Shown piece by piece: positions 36,701 through 48,618 of a stretch of 64,000 nt of DNA. Numbering within the stretch: position 1 is the stretch's first letter; each line of letters opens with the position of its first letter. Source of the stretch: Lama glama (lineage: Eukaryota); the NCBI GenBank assembly GCA_028534125.1, contig CM052825.1, positions 1,736,001 to 1,800,000 on the forward strand. Reading direction: 5' to 3'. The notes below the pieces were generated by a model, which did not search any database, had not been told where the DNA came from, and worked only from the letters and a program-made list of their open reading frames with translations. The position numbers and the translations under genes were made by a program.

Positions 36701-38559
36701 CCCTCTGCTGCTGGCCCGAGGCACTGCGGGGCCCAGGAGGGCGAGGGGACTCCGGGGGAAGGGGTGCATCCTGTGGGAAAGCTTGTTTGAAAACTCAAAC
36801 TTTGCAAACGTGGTTACTTTTTCTTTAAAACCCACCTTTGGATGAAAACACCAAGGTAAAGTTTTCCTTCAAATTAAGGCACAGGCCTATCAACATAATA
36901 GCTTTGGTTTAATTTTAAGACCCAGAGGTTTAAGCCGGAAGCTTTAAATGAATCCCATGGTGTTTGAAGTTCTGGGAAGCTGGCCTCCCCCCTTGCAGTG
37001 GTCAGTGTCTGGAGACCACTGTGTCCAGGTGCCCACGGAGCGGGCGAGGCTCCGCGTTCCTAACAGGACCCCAGGTTGCTGCTGGTCGGGGACTCTGTGT
37101 CGAGGACCGTGGACTAGGGGCTGGGCACTTCCAGGTCACAGAGCTGCCTCCTGGCACAGCTCTCTCCCAGGCGTCTCCATGGTAGAGAGCAGGTCCAGGG
37201 GCGCCGAGGAGACGGCCTGCCTGGTGGGAGAGAGGAGGTGCCGAGCCGCAGCTGCCCGGCTGCAGACTGGCCGACAGTCCTCAAGAGGGTGTGACTGGTG
37301 TGTTCGTCAGCGGCGAGCGCCTGCCCCACCAAGCGCAGGGTCAGGGGACTTGGCCATAAGCAGCTCATTATCTTCACGGTGGGTTTACGGTGAAGGGAGG
37401 CAGGGGGCCCTCAGCCTGGACGAGGCACTGCAGCGGCCCCTGGACCTCTGAAAAGGTGGTCTGAAAAGGTCTGGGATTTCTCATTATGTCCTTTCTTGGG
37501 GTCCTGCCCGCCTGTCAGACAAGAACCCCCCCATTCATCCCTCCCTGGACACCCCCCACCCTGCCCGAACCTGATTCCTAACCTGGTGGGGCCCCGGGGC
37601 CGCCCTGGGTCTGTACCAGTCGGGGGTGTGCTGGGAAATGCCGCTAAGGAAAAGCCTCGATGTGGAGTATCCGCCCCTGTCCATGGCGTGAGGACCCCAC
37701 CACGGCCAATTCCGAGCCGTCCCTGGAGAGGGTCGGGAAGAGGTGGCCAGTAGTGGACCCTGGGTGTGTCGGCTGCACGAGTGCGCCAGGAGCAGAGGCG
37801 CTGGTGGCGTGTTGGAAAAGCGCCAGCCGCGTTTTTGCTGGAGGGCTGTTCCACTGTCAGTTCTGCGAGAACGGACCCTGAATGTCGGCCAGGCTTGCAA
37901 GGCCCCTGGAAGCTTGCCTCTTCAGAGGCACTGGTCTGAGGGCCCCTGGGTGGTGGGGCCCCTTGGCCAGGGAAGTGGCCGCGCAGGCCGGCTCAGCCCG
38001 TGTCTCTCCCTCTTAGAGGCTGTACTTGTGGACTCAAGTGGCGGCGGGGACAAGGCCTGGCCTGGAGGCGGGGGAGCCGTCTGTGTCTGAGGACACCCCG
38101 CCCTGCAGCGCGGACTCGGGCCTGTGCTGTGAGAGCGACTCGGAGCCGGGCACCAGCCTGTCGGAGCCCCTCTCCCCCGACGCCTGGAGCCACGCCTTCC
38201 CTGCTGGCCCTGAGCTGGAGCCCGAGGATGGGCTGGGCTCCCTGGCGGCCGCCGAGGGGCCAGTGGCGGCCCTGGCGGAGCACGGGCGGTGGCTGGCGGC
38301 CTGCGTCCAGGCCCTGGAGAGAGATGTGACCGAGGATGAGCTGGCAGAGCTGGACAGGGCGGTGGATGGCCTGGCCCGCTGGGAGATGTTCACCGGGCGG
38401 CTCCCGGCCCCCAGGCAGGGCCTGCCCTGCGGCAGAGACAGTGCGGGGCTGCGCAGAGTCCTGGGGGACAAGTTCTCCTCCCTCAGGAGGAAGCTGAGTG
38501 CTCGCAAGCTGTCCCGGGCCGAGTCCTCCCCCCGGCGCTGGAAGGCCGAGGACAATTAG
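30433..38559 (+). CDS. AMZ1: Archaemetzincin-1 (archaelysin family metallopeptidase 1), complete spliced CDS, 6 coding exons, 1491 nt / 496 aa; catalytic motif reads HGLCH
   Basis: Exons 30433-30736, 31013-31180, 35175-35303, 35502-35671, 36063-36239, 38017-38559 are GT-AG flanked and in phase. Protein MLQCRPAEEFSFGPRALKDALVSTD...KFSSLRRKLSARKLSRAESSPRRWKAEDN* matches recalled human AMZ1. Confidence 0.96.
31013..31180 (+). CDS. AMZ1: AMZ1 coding exon 2
   Basis: LSEGPVGSALLDHLRSCTEAFFLGLQVRCLP...RLQLHT; donor gtgagc. Confidence 0.95.
33128..33552 (-). mobile_element. MLT1-type (ERVL-MaLR) solo LTR
   Basis: tcagtttcctggggctgctgtgacaga...gtggcttaagacaacagaag...ccaaggtgtcggc. Confidence 0.8.
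33720..33876. mobile_element. hAT-Charlie DNA transposon remnant (MER3/MER33-like)
   Basis: AT-rich block with tgactacatgtt...ggttaaaacaatgcattattaaaatcaatt...gcagcgctg end. Confidence 0.55.
35175..35303 (+). CDS. AMZ1: AMZ1 coding exon 3
   Basis: GILSFLKSSKPGDALCVLGLTLSDLYP...FLPGH; donor gtgagt. Confidence 0.95.
35502..35671 (+). CDS. AMZ1: AMZ1 coding exon 4
   Basis: VGICSFARFSGE...ALGMVQCCK; donor gtgggt. Confidence 0.95.
36063..36239 (+). CDS. AMZ1: AMZ1 coding exon 5 (zinc-binding motif)
   Basis: ATCHGLCHLLGLGSCRWLRCLMQG...DLCPICLRKLQHVLGFKLLDRYK; donor gtgagt. Confidence 0.95.
37400..37450 (+). repeat. Intronic 51-bp duplicate of part of AMZ1 coding exon 5 (36128-36178)
   Basis: 48/51 identical by direct comparison. 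Confidence 0.9.
38017..38559 (+). CDS. AMZ1: AMZ1 last coding exon
   Basis: ctcttag|AGGCTGTAC; RLYLWTQV...SADSGLCCESDSEPGTS...WKAEDN, stop TAG. Confidence 0.95.
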   Translation, partial: RLYLWTQVAAGTRPGLEAGEPSVSEDTPPCSADSGLCCESDSEPGTSLSEPLSPDAWSHAFPAGPELEPEDGLGSLAAAEGPVAALAEHGRWLAACVQALERDVTEDELAELDRAVDGLARWEMFTGRLPAPRQGLPCGRDSAGLRRVLGDKFSSLRRKLSARKLSRAESSPRRWKAEDN

Positions 38560-40486
38560 CACGGCTGGTGTGTCTTGTCCAGCACCTGCCCGTCCCAGGA
38601 CACCAGCTGCCCCGGCGCCGCGGGCCCAGAGCCGCCAGGAAGGAGGTCTTGGGGGAAGCAGAGGGAGCGCCGTGCTCCCCCATGCCCAGTCCCAACCCTC
38701 GGCGGTGGAGCCCAGCATGGGGTTCCTGGGCCCCGGGAGGGCCGTCCTCAGCCCCACCAGACCTCAGAGTGGGTGGCGGTGAACAGGCACTGCTTCTCCT
38801 GTGGCCTGGGGTCCCTCCAGCCGTTCACAGCAGGAGCTCGGAGGCAGCCCTGGGCAGGGCGGCACAGTGGAGGTGGGCGGCCTGATGCTGCCAGCTCAGG
38901 TCCAAGGCCCACAGGCAGGGTCTCCAGTGCAGGGGGTTGTTTCTATGTAGTGCCCCCCCTCCCCGAGGAAGGTTGCTTTCTGCAGCAGTAACTGCATTCT
39001 GCCCTTGGAGGGCGTCTCCATGGGCCTTGGGGACGGCCACCACCCACTGGAGGACGTGCCCAGGGCTCTGCACCAGGAAGGGAGGGTGTCGGAGGGGCAG
39101 GTGGGAGGTGCTGTGAGCAGAGGCCCTTCTGCCTCCCCAGACAGCTGCCTGCTGTGACTGGCAGTGGGGAAAGCCAGCTGGGGTTCTGCCCCCGGGACCG
39201 CTGTCTGACACTGGCGGTCCGCATGCCTGCGAGGGCGGTGTGGTCAGGGCTTTGTCCAGGACAGCTGTCGTCCGGCGGGGCCTTCGGGTCTAGCTCACCC
39301 AGTCGCCGGGAGGGTGTGAGAACGCCCACCACCCCTGCAGGATGGGCTCCCTTTAGTTTTGCCAAATTTTGCTTCTGGTTATTTGAAGCTCTTTTATGGA
39401 CACACATTTGACTGTTTTCCTGACAAACTGACCCTGTTTTCATGATCACATGTGTTGGGGAGCGATGCTTCTGGTTCTGACGGCAGGATCCCAGCAGAGT
39501 GAGGAGCGGGCTCAGCTATGTTCCCATCTGGGAGGGGGTGAGGACGGGGCAGGCCCTGCGGCTTGCGGGCAGCTTATGCAGTTTTGGGGGCCTTCTAAGA
39601 AAGACAACACAAAATACAAATACAGAATCAGGAGGGCACCCCCACCCCCAGCAAGAGCGCCTGAAGCCTCCCTGGAATCAGGCCAGGTGAGAATGTAGGT
39701 CCCAGTCCCAGAAAAGCGCAAAGGAACGAGGCCATCGTGCACGTGAAGGCGCCCAGATGCAGCTCTGCCGCCCCCGCCCTCGTCTGCACGGCTGTGAAGG
39801 GGTGTCGCGGGGCCCCACCGCCAAGCAGGATGGCGGCGGCTGGCGCCTGGGTGTCTGCTGCTGTGAGCACACCGCTCCCTCCTCGGTGGCTTAAAACCCC
39901 AACCGTCACTCTAGCTCGGGAGTCTGCAGTGCGGGCGGGCCTTGGGGGGCCGGAGCGGCCAGCGCTAGCGTGGTTCACTCACGGGGCTGCCGCGTGGCTA
40001 GGCTTCCTTCAAGCGTGGCGGCTGCCTGCTGACGGCGGATTTCCTAGAATCATGTGGAAAAGGCTAGAGGTTGAAGATCATCACTTCCACTCTATTAAGG
40101 CCACCCCGTCACCTGTGCTCACACCCGGGGAGGGGCTGTAGACCCCACCTCCGGGCTGTGGCCAGGTTCCGAGGAGCGTGAGGTGGAAGACCTGCCTCCC
40201 CCTGCGTGGACCGGCCGTCACGCCGGCAACACCACCTGACCTACTCTGCTTTCTGTGAAGAGTAACTGCCTCAGGGATGGAAGACGACCCAGAGGGGACA
40301 GAGGGGGCTCCATGCCAGGTCTTCAGCACCAGCTATCTGTGCCCATGGCCTTTGCCTCCCAACTGTCATAAGTGTCCCAAAACAGCATCCTGAAGTCGGG
40401 AGGGACAGACCGCTTCCTCCCTGGCCTCCACCAGCTGCAGATGGAGTACAATTTTCAAAGACAGCCGCTGGGAGGAATGCTTTGAA

Positions 40487-40764
40487 AATAAAACTTTCAG
40501 GAACAGAGATCAGATTCCTTCCTTTGCTAGAATAGGGGTCCAGGTTCTGTCCCTGCCGGGGGCGAGGAGCCGCTGGGACAGTCCCTTGGGAAGCGGCTAC
40601 GGCAGAGGAGGTGTCAGTGAACGCTGTCTCCCGGAGCAAAGGCATGTTCACCAGACAGGGTGCAGCTGGGCACCTTAACGGGGCTGAACTGCAATGTCTA
40701 CAGAGAACCTTATCCCAGAAACAAGGGGCCCTGGCTTTTATTTTTGTAAATGCATGAAATTAAA
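40487..40764 (+). terminator. Candidate AMZ1 polyadenylation signals (AATAAA 40487-40492; ATTAAA 40759-40764)
   Basis: First canonical hexamers after the AMZ1 stop; the second lies in a U-rich context with an upstream TGTA. Confidence 0.5.
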
Positions 40765-41401
40765 CTTTTTTGCTTCCTCATCTCCTTATCTGTCGAAGGT
40801 CCCTGCAAGTCATGAGGAGAGGTCTTCGAGCTTGCCCATGGACCCCTCGTGCCCCCATACTCGCGTGGGCCGGGGTGGAGGGGCTTGGATGAAGCTGAAA
40901 GTGCTCAGGGCTCGTTATGTTACCTGTGCCGCCGCATGTGAGGCGGGGCTGGGGCATCTCCAGTGCCTTCGAGAGCAGCTTCAAGCCCACGCTGAAACTC
41001 CATCTTGGTGGAGCAGCAGTGCCCGCCGGCCCTCCCCCTGCCTCTCCCCTCCCCCTGCTCCCCTCCCAAAGCCCAAACTCGCCATCAGGTGCTGGGGGGA
41101 GAACCACCCCAAAAGCCGCCCTCCCCGCCTTTCCTGCTGGCAGCTGAGCCCTGGTGGCGTGGGAAAGCGACTTCAGCCCCCGAGCCCCTCAGCCGTCGCC
41201 CCATTTCCAGAGCATGGGCAGGGAAGTGGTCCTGATAATACTGCCCCATGGGGTGTCTGACTGAGACCTTGCTGGGAGGAAAGCAATCTCCAAAAGGGCT
41301 TAAAAACACACACGATGGCTTAGCCACACAGCTCACAGTAAAGCTAGGAGTCCAAATTTAGAGCCCATCACGTTCAAAGGCACAGCTATAGCATTCCAGG
41401 G

Positions 41402-41425
41402 ACACACACACACACACACACACAC
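41402..41425. repeat. (AC)n microsatellite
   Basis: About 12 perfect AC units. Confidence 0.9.
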
Positions 41426-44400
41426 GGAAGGGTCACTCATGGGCCCGACAGCAGGGCCGGGCTGCTAGACCCGTATCAGTTTGGAAAAAGGCAGGCAGAT
41501 CGTCCCTGCAAATCAAATCCCCTTTGAAGGTGTCCTTCTAAGCACCAGAGAATTTCTTACGTCCTGCAAGGCAGGTGCCCTTATCCCATTTTAACCAAGG
41601 GCGCAGAGAGGTTTGGTCACGTGCCCCGGGCTGCAAAGCGGGGGCTGGTATTCAGGCCAGGTTCGCCCTGACTCAGCCCTCCGTGTTCTAGGTCCTTCTT
41701 GGGAAGGCACGCCAGGTGAGTCTGACCAGGAAGGGTCGGGAAGAAAGCATGAGGGTGGGAGCCCTGCACCCCTGGCTCCTCCGCCCCAGCCCTGGGCCGG
41801 CTCTGCCCGGGGTGCTCAGATTGCCCGGAAGCTCTCTGGCGGATCGAGACTCCGGAGGCCTGAGCAATGGCCTGGGTGGGTGGCCGGCGCGCTGGGGCAG
41901 AGACGCCAACTCAAGCAAAGCCTGGGGTTGCTCGGGCTTCGCTGATGTGTTTGTGTGACGAGGGTGCGTCCCCAGGAGCATTTTTACCCTGGTGAAGACC
42001 GGGAGGACCTGAGCTGGAGCCCGCTCGCAGGGGAGCGGACGGGGGCTGCCTCCAGGCTGGCTGTGCCCGCCTGGGCCCCGGACAGGCCGTGGGGGGCGGC
42101 TGGCGCTGTGGACCCCACGGCTGGCCGGCCTCGACCCCTGCACACTCCCGGGGCTGGAATCTCTAGTGGGGCCAGGCTAGGCCTGATGGCTGTGCGCGGA
42201 GGAGCCCAGTTCTAAGGAAACCCCAGGAAATAGCAAATTTATCACCCTCAGAATGTCAGGCTGTGAAAGCTCAACACAGAGAACCGGCCGGGAAGCGCCT
42301 GCTGCTTCGGGAGCTGCTGAAACCCGTGTGACTGACGGGCAGGAAGCGCCGAGCGCCTTGCCTTTTCCAGCACCTCCGTCGGGGAGAACCCAGAACGATC
42401 GTGGTCTATTTTCAAACTCAGCTTCTTGGGTAAGAAGGCAAATGAAAACAAGCTTATGTCACGGGGTTATTTTAAAAAGCAGTTTCCAAGAAATGTCCTG
42501 GCCCCCCCCCTCACTGAGGACCAAGGGCTCGCTCATCAAAGAGGCGGCTGGACCCCGCCTCCCGCGCTGCTCAGGGATCCAACCTCGCATGGCCTCGCGA
42601 TCGACCCAGGCTCTCAACTAACTGGAAACAAAACCAGCTCCACGTGCAGCCAACATCACACAAGCATTTCCACCAACTTTGCTGTCCTGAGCCTGGGCCG
42701 GGCCTGGTGTCCGTCACCTGGCTTGAGACCCCCGCGGCCCCTCGGCTCTCTCGTCCGCTCCCTGACCCGACCTCCGCCCGGTGCCAACTTCCTGGCTGCA
42801 GCGTGGCCGGAACACCACTCCGCAAGGCCGCGTGGCTTCCCTCCTGGTCCCTGGACAGTCTCACCACGGTTACCGTGTTGTTCTTTCTGGCATTGCGTCC
42901 ACCACGTTGCTGTTTAACGGGCTCTCACTGGCTTGTGATCTGTGGGGACTGGTTGGAAAGCCGGCTCCTGCGCTGCTCCCTGCACCTGCGGGTTCACACT
43001 CACCTGCTGTGGGGACGGCAGGACCAGCGGGGCAGGGGCCCCCCGGAAGCACTGATCTGCGGAAGCTGGTCATTCCCTTCTCTGTCCCTCCTTCAGCCTT
43101 TGGGCCACGAAAGGTGGATTTCAAATGAGGAGTAACTGACGTCTGCGCCCGACAGCCCTTCACCTTGGCGGGTGGGGAGGGGGCACGGGGCCGGCTCGCC
43201 TGTCAGTGGGGCTGCCCTCCCGCCCTCCAGGTTAAATTGGGGGACAGGGTTGCTGGCAAACGGGTTCCTGAAAGGAGAGCCTGTGGGGGCCCAGTGTGCA
43301 GAAAGGAGCCCTCCTGAGAGCAGCCACCTCACATTAAGGCAGGGAGGCGCGGGAGCACGTCCACCTGTGCGAGGAGACGGCGCAGGGCGGGGCTCACCTC
43401 CCCCTGAGACCACATCAAGCCATTTTCCACCCTTGCTCCTTGGGAAGGACCAGGGGCGTTTCCCTTGAACGTCCCTTTGGGGAGAGTCCCCTTCAGAGGA
43501 TGGTGGGGACAGCGGTGTCCCCACCGCCGCCCCACCTCTGGCTCCTGGGGGTGGAGGCTGACGTGTGTGGGGACCCTCCTTCCTCCTCCGTCCTCGGGCC
43601 TGCCCGTCCCTCTCCTGCTTCTCATCAGCACCGCCCCTGGGTCCTGGGCTCTGAGCAGGAGTGAAGCCGGGTCCACGGGGCTGAGCCTCCTTCCCTGCCT
43701 GGGACCCGGGAGGCCCTCGGCCCCCAGTGCTGGGCCCAAAACAGGCCTCTCCCAGCAGCAACCACATTGCCCTGATTCCATGAGCGTGGATCACAACTTG
43801 ACTAAATGACTTGATGGGCCCTGGCCCTGTCCAGAGCCGAGCGGAGGTGCGCCCACCTGCCGGCATCCTGACCCCTGGGTCATGGAGGGCTTTGACCTGC
43901 CGAGTGAATTGCGGGTAATCTGAATCTCCTCTGGGGCCTACATGTTACATTTCCATTCTCAAAATTAACACGTTAACCAACGAACTGAGAGAGAAGCCTT
44001 GAGAGAAGAGGGTGACATTCTAGAAATCTAACTGAAAACAAGAGAGTCCACCACGTGAGCGTAGTGAGTAACCCCTCCCGGCTCAGGTGCCCGGCACCTG
44101 TCGGAAGGTGTCTACAGGGCTGCTCTTTCTCGGTGGCAGGGCCCCCTCTCAGGGACGGACCCTTGCTGACGTGGGCAGGCTGCGGGGTCTGTGTTCATCC
44201 ACCACACATCCTCGAGGCTCCTCTTCTGTGCCAGTCACTTTGCCCAAAGTTACGAAAACGTGCCACCACAATGGGCCACTTCCTAAGTGCTGCTCCGTGT
44301 CCACGTTCCCCAGGGCCACGGCTGACGCTTCTGATGTGCTGTAACACGAAGGCCAGCTTTCTCTACTTTTTTGGGAGGGGAGGATCATTATTTCTATTTA

Positions 44401-47400
44401 AACTACTATTACCCACAGCATTTTTCCTGCCGTGAGGCTGCAGCTTCGACTGCTTTCCTCTGTTTCATCCAGGCTGCGGCCTGTACTGGTGACGGTCGTC
44501 AAGCAGGCAGCCCTGAGGGTGGAGGGCATGAGGGGGATGGGCCCAGACCCTGACCGCCCACTCCTCTCGCTTGGTGCACGACGCCCCCGAGCGACCTCGC
44601 TTCTGGGACAGAAGCCGCCGGCCCCAGAGAGGGAGCTGTACCCGGGAAGCCCACGGTTGTGACACTGAACACGTGGTCCGTGGTCCAGGGTCCAGTTACG
44701 TGCTCCCCTGTTCACGAGCCCTCACTCACGGCTCTGCGGGGACAGCAGGGACGCAACACTCCAGGACAAATGTAATTTAAGGCTGATTTTAAGAGATTTA
44801 TAAAAATCATACACACAAACCAGGTTGAACTAGCCACCGCAGCTATACAACACACTTTTCACACGGCAAGACACATCCTTCAACCTGGGATGACGCGTCC
44901 GTGGACCGAGCTTGTCCCCCCTCCACCGTCAGTGCCGTCACAAGCGGGCGTGGGGCTGCGGCGACATCCCGGGGAGGCGCCCGAGACCCAGCCCCTGGCT
45001 GGCTGCGAGTTTCCCTTCTGTGTGTAGAGACCCTGGAAGAGCTCAGCGCTGTTTCTGCAGTGGACGCCACAGCTGATCACCGCCTCCCTGTCCCCTCTAC
45101 GGGGTCCTCCACACACAGCAGGGGCCACAGCACGGTGCTGACGAGCTGAGCTGGGGACGTGGCAGCGAGGAGGGGGCTGAGCACACGGTACTGACCTCCC
45201 GCCCGCGCTTGTGTCGATGCGGAGTGACGTGCTGGCTGATTTTAGCTGCCTCAAAGAGGGTGAAGGAAGACATTCGGAGTGTTTCGCAATTTGCAAGACA
45301 GGTCAGAAGGAAATGTGTGAAGGTTCTGGAGATGGACAGACTCTACAGAGATCTGATTTCCCTGTCAATGGGCCTGTGAGAGTTTAACAGTCACGGCGAT
45401 GGAGGGGACGGCCAACGCTCCCAGCTGCACACGGGCCTCCTGTGCACAGGCACGGACGGAGCGCTCCGGCCACCTGTCTGCAGGTGAGCGCACCTGGAAA
45501 ACGTGCCCAGGCTCGTCCCGACAGCGCCAGAAAGCACCAGAACTGGGTCCCTGAGGGCCTGCTGACAGCCAGCTCCCCAGGAGTCCTGCGCTCAGCGGCC
45601 CGCCTGTCGGAATCCAGGTCATCCTCAGCAGGTGGGATGCGCGGTCCACGCCGCCCTGACCACTGGGAACGGCCCGGCTCTGCTGGGAAGTGCGGTCGTG
45701 GGGAGGCCTCCACCTTGACTGTGAACAGTGGGGTTTGTGTTCATGCGGGGGAAGAATCAGGTTTAAAAATACAAAATAAAGTGAATTCAGTGTAAACAAA
45801 AAGGGGGCCGAATCACAAGCCCGGAGCAACAGCCCTTTATTCAGACAGACTGGACGACCCGGCCCCACGCAGCTCAGCACCGCCCGGGAACCCCGAGGGC
45901 TGCCCCAGCGTTCCCCTGTGGTTTGTGTCACACGCACACAAGAGGAAACCCACACACTACCTCCGTGGCAGCTGGGAAGCGGAGAACCCATTCCCAGGGG
46001 CGCTAGGTTCGCACTTCTTTGTGAAGTGAGCCTCAGAGCCGTGTTTACGGGAACAGATGCAGTCTTTGGGGCCTCTGTAACGAGAGCCTCGCCAGGACGT
46101 GCCGAGGTGTCTTGCTGGGTGCTGACAGGAGGACTGGAGGTCAGTGCAAGACCTAAGAGTGATTTTGGCCTGCGCTCAGCTCTTCCACAGCCCGGGCAGC
46201 TGGGGAGCGCCCGTTGCGCTGTGCGCGCCGTTTCTCTGGGCAGGAACCTCACGGCCTGTTTCTGAGTCCACCCCATCTTCTGCCCCTGCTAGACATGGGC
46301 ACCGACTCCAGGGACACCCGTTCTGCCAGGACACTGGAGACCTCGCTCGGTTCTGGAAACAGCCTGCCCCTTCCCACTGTGACCCAGAAGGTGGTCTTTG
46401 AACAGGACATTCACACGCTGGGCAGAGCTCTGCTCCCCGGGGGCAGGTGCAGAGACGAGGCTGAGGCAGGGAGCCCTGGGGTCTCCAGGCTCCCGACCAC
46501 CCTCAAGGCAGGCAGAGCCCCGCAGGGTGCCCGCCACTCCGAGCCCCGCCAGGGTGTGAAGCACCACGTGCCCTCCAGCGAGACGAGGCAGGATTTCACC
46601 CGAAGGAACCACAGCCACCTATTTTAGGTGTCACCCTCAAGCCTGGAGAGCACCAGCCTCTACGTTCTAGAAGGTCCTGGAGAGAGAGGCCGAGCAGGGG
46701 AAGCGAGGCCCACGAGAGCAGGCAGGCCTCTCGGGACCTGAAGTCCTTCCCCAGGAGAAGGCAGGAGGCAGACAATGACAGTGGGACCGCGGCCCACAGG
46801 CCCCCTCCGCCTGCAGTCAGCCCCAGGCTTCAGCCTCACCCTTCCCCGAACTCGGCACAAACCAGCCATCAGAGCCGCCTTAACTGAGCCCAGCGAGCTC
46901 CCGTCCTCAGGGGGCCCAACACCACCCTCAGGGCCCAGCAGGTGCCCTACAGACGCTGTCAGTAAAAGCAGCCCGTCTGGGGGGCTCAGCTCCTGGCCCC
47001 CCGGTTGCAGGCCGAGCGCCCCAGACGCGAGTCTGACACAGGAATCCCACACACAAGGCCCGTCCACCTCTCCCGAGGGCTCCCGTGCAAAGCAGGCAAC
47101 TTCAGAAGAGCTTGTCATTTTCTTCAAACAAAGCTCCCTAAATTTCCCGGCTTCGCTTCCGATGTACCTGACAGAGAAACTGGTGCCAAAAGACCTGAAC
47201 GGCCTGCCCGGCACGTTGTCAAAGGCTTAGCGGGGCTCTCCACTCTCAAAACACAATGGAAGCCCAGCACCACTTCTTCCTGACTCAGGCTGCCGGTCAC
47301 GACGTTGTGGAACAGAATTCTCACCGTGCAAAGCACAGGATTCCACCAGCCTGGAAGGAACCCTCTGGGATTCTCTGCTTCATGGCCCTGGGCCCCGGCC

Positions 47401-48191
47401 GCACATGGCAAACATCCCCTGCCCATCGCGGGGAGCCAGGAGTCCAGGCATGAGACGTCTCGCATGGCCCAGGCCGGGGCCTGTGCAAAGCCCCTCACTC
47501 GGGTCATCCAACTGGGGTACCAGGGCCGAGTGTCCCAATCTCGTCCACATTTTACAAACGGAGAAATTGACACCCAAAGAGCTTGGCCCACAGCCACATG
47601 CGCGATGAAGCGCACACGTTTTCTGGGGGGGCGGTGCTCCTGCCTTGCCCACTGTGGGCAGTTCAAGCCCCGCATGTGGACGCATACGACGTGCTACCCA
47701 GGCGACGGCCGCTGGATGGCACAGGTGGTCCTTTTCTAGAACAGGACCCCGAGCACGGTGAGCTCTGTCCACAGGGGGCTGTTTGCGCAGAGAAGGCGCC
47801 CCCCAGGGTTGCAGGGAAAGGGCCCCGCCCCACACCTCCCCGGGGCTTCCTCTGGTCTCCTGTCTCTGGACGTGCCTGCATCCGTCCCCGGGTCCCTCCT
47901 CCAGCTCCCGGGCCTCAGGGCATCACGCGTGTGTCTACAGGTACCTGCCGCGTTCCTCGTTCTGGGCCCTCATCTGGAGGCTCCCGCCCAACACAGGGTT
48001 TGGGGCGGCTCTCTGGCGCGCCAGGCTTTGTTTCCCACATGGAGGGAAAGCTGTGACTAACAAACGGTGAGCCTTCAAGGACGATCAGGGTCAGAGCCCT
48101 CGCTCTGCTCTGGGCCCGGGGGCTGGAGGGTGAACTTAACGTTGGCTGTGGCTGCTGAGTGATGTTAAGCAAAGAGAAACTCAGGATGTAT

Positions 48192-48618
48192 TTTAATAAA
48201 CACCCAGGGGCTGGAGTGGTCAGTTCATCAAATTGGCCCCTCCTGCTGACGCTGACCTGTTGTGCAAAGTGTAAGCCATGAGCAGTTCGCCCGACCACTC
48301 CCATCCCGAAGGCGCCAGTGCTCAACGCAGGGCAGCATCTGCTCCCAGGGAGCCCGAGTTAGTCTGTCAGGACAGTCTTGTTTCAAGATTATTTCTTGGA
48401 GTTAAAAATTACCTGACTCATTTTTCTTTTAACAAGGAAGTGAATAAATGAAATAAGGCGTCTAGGGGTCTCTAATTACAGAGCCATGACTCAGTATCTC
48501 TGAAACAATTTCTCTACAAACAGAAGAGTTAGAAAAACACCTCAGCTAAGAAGCGTGCACGCGCCTCGCGTGTAAGCAGCGCGACAGCAAGGAGATGCCT
48601 AGTCTGAGGGAGTTTATT
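48192..48618 (-). terminator. Candidate GNA12 polyadenylation signals (AATAAA at 48618-48613; ATTAAA at 48197-48192)
   Basis: Minus-strand hexamers 2.1-2.6 kb past the stop, in an AT-rich block. Confidence 0.5.
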
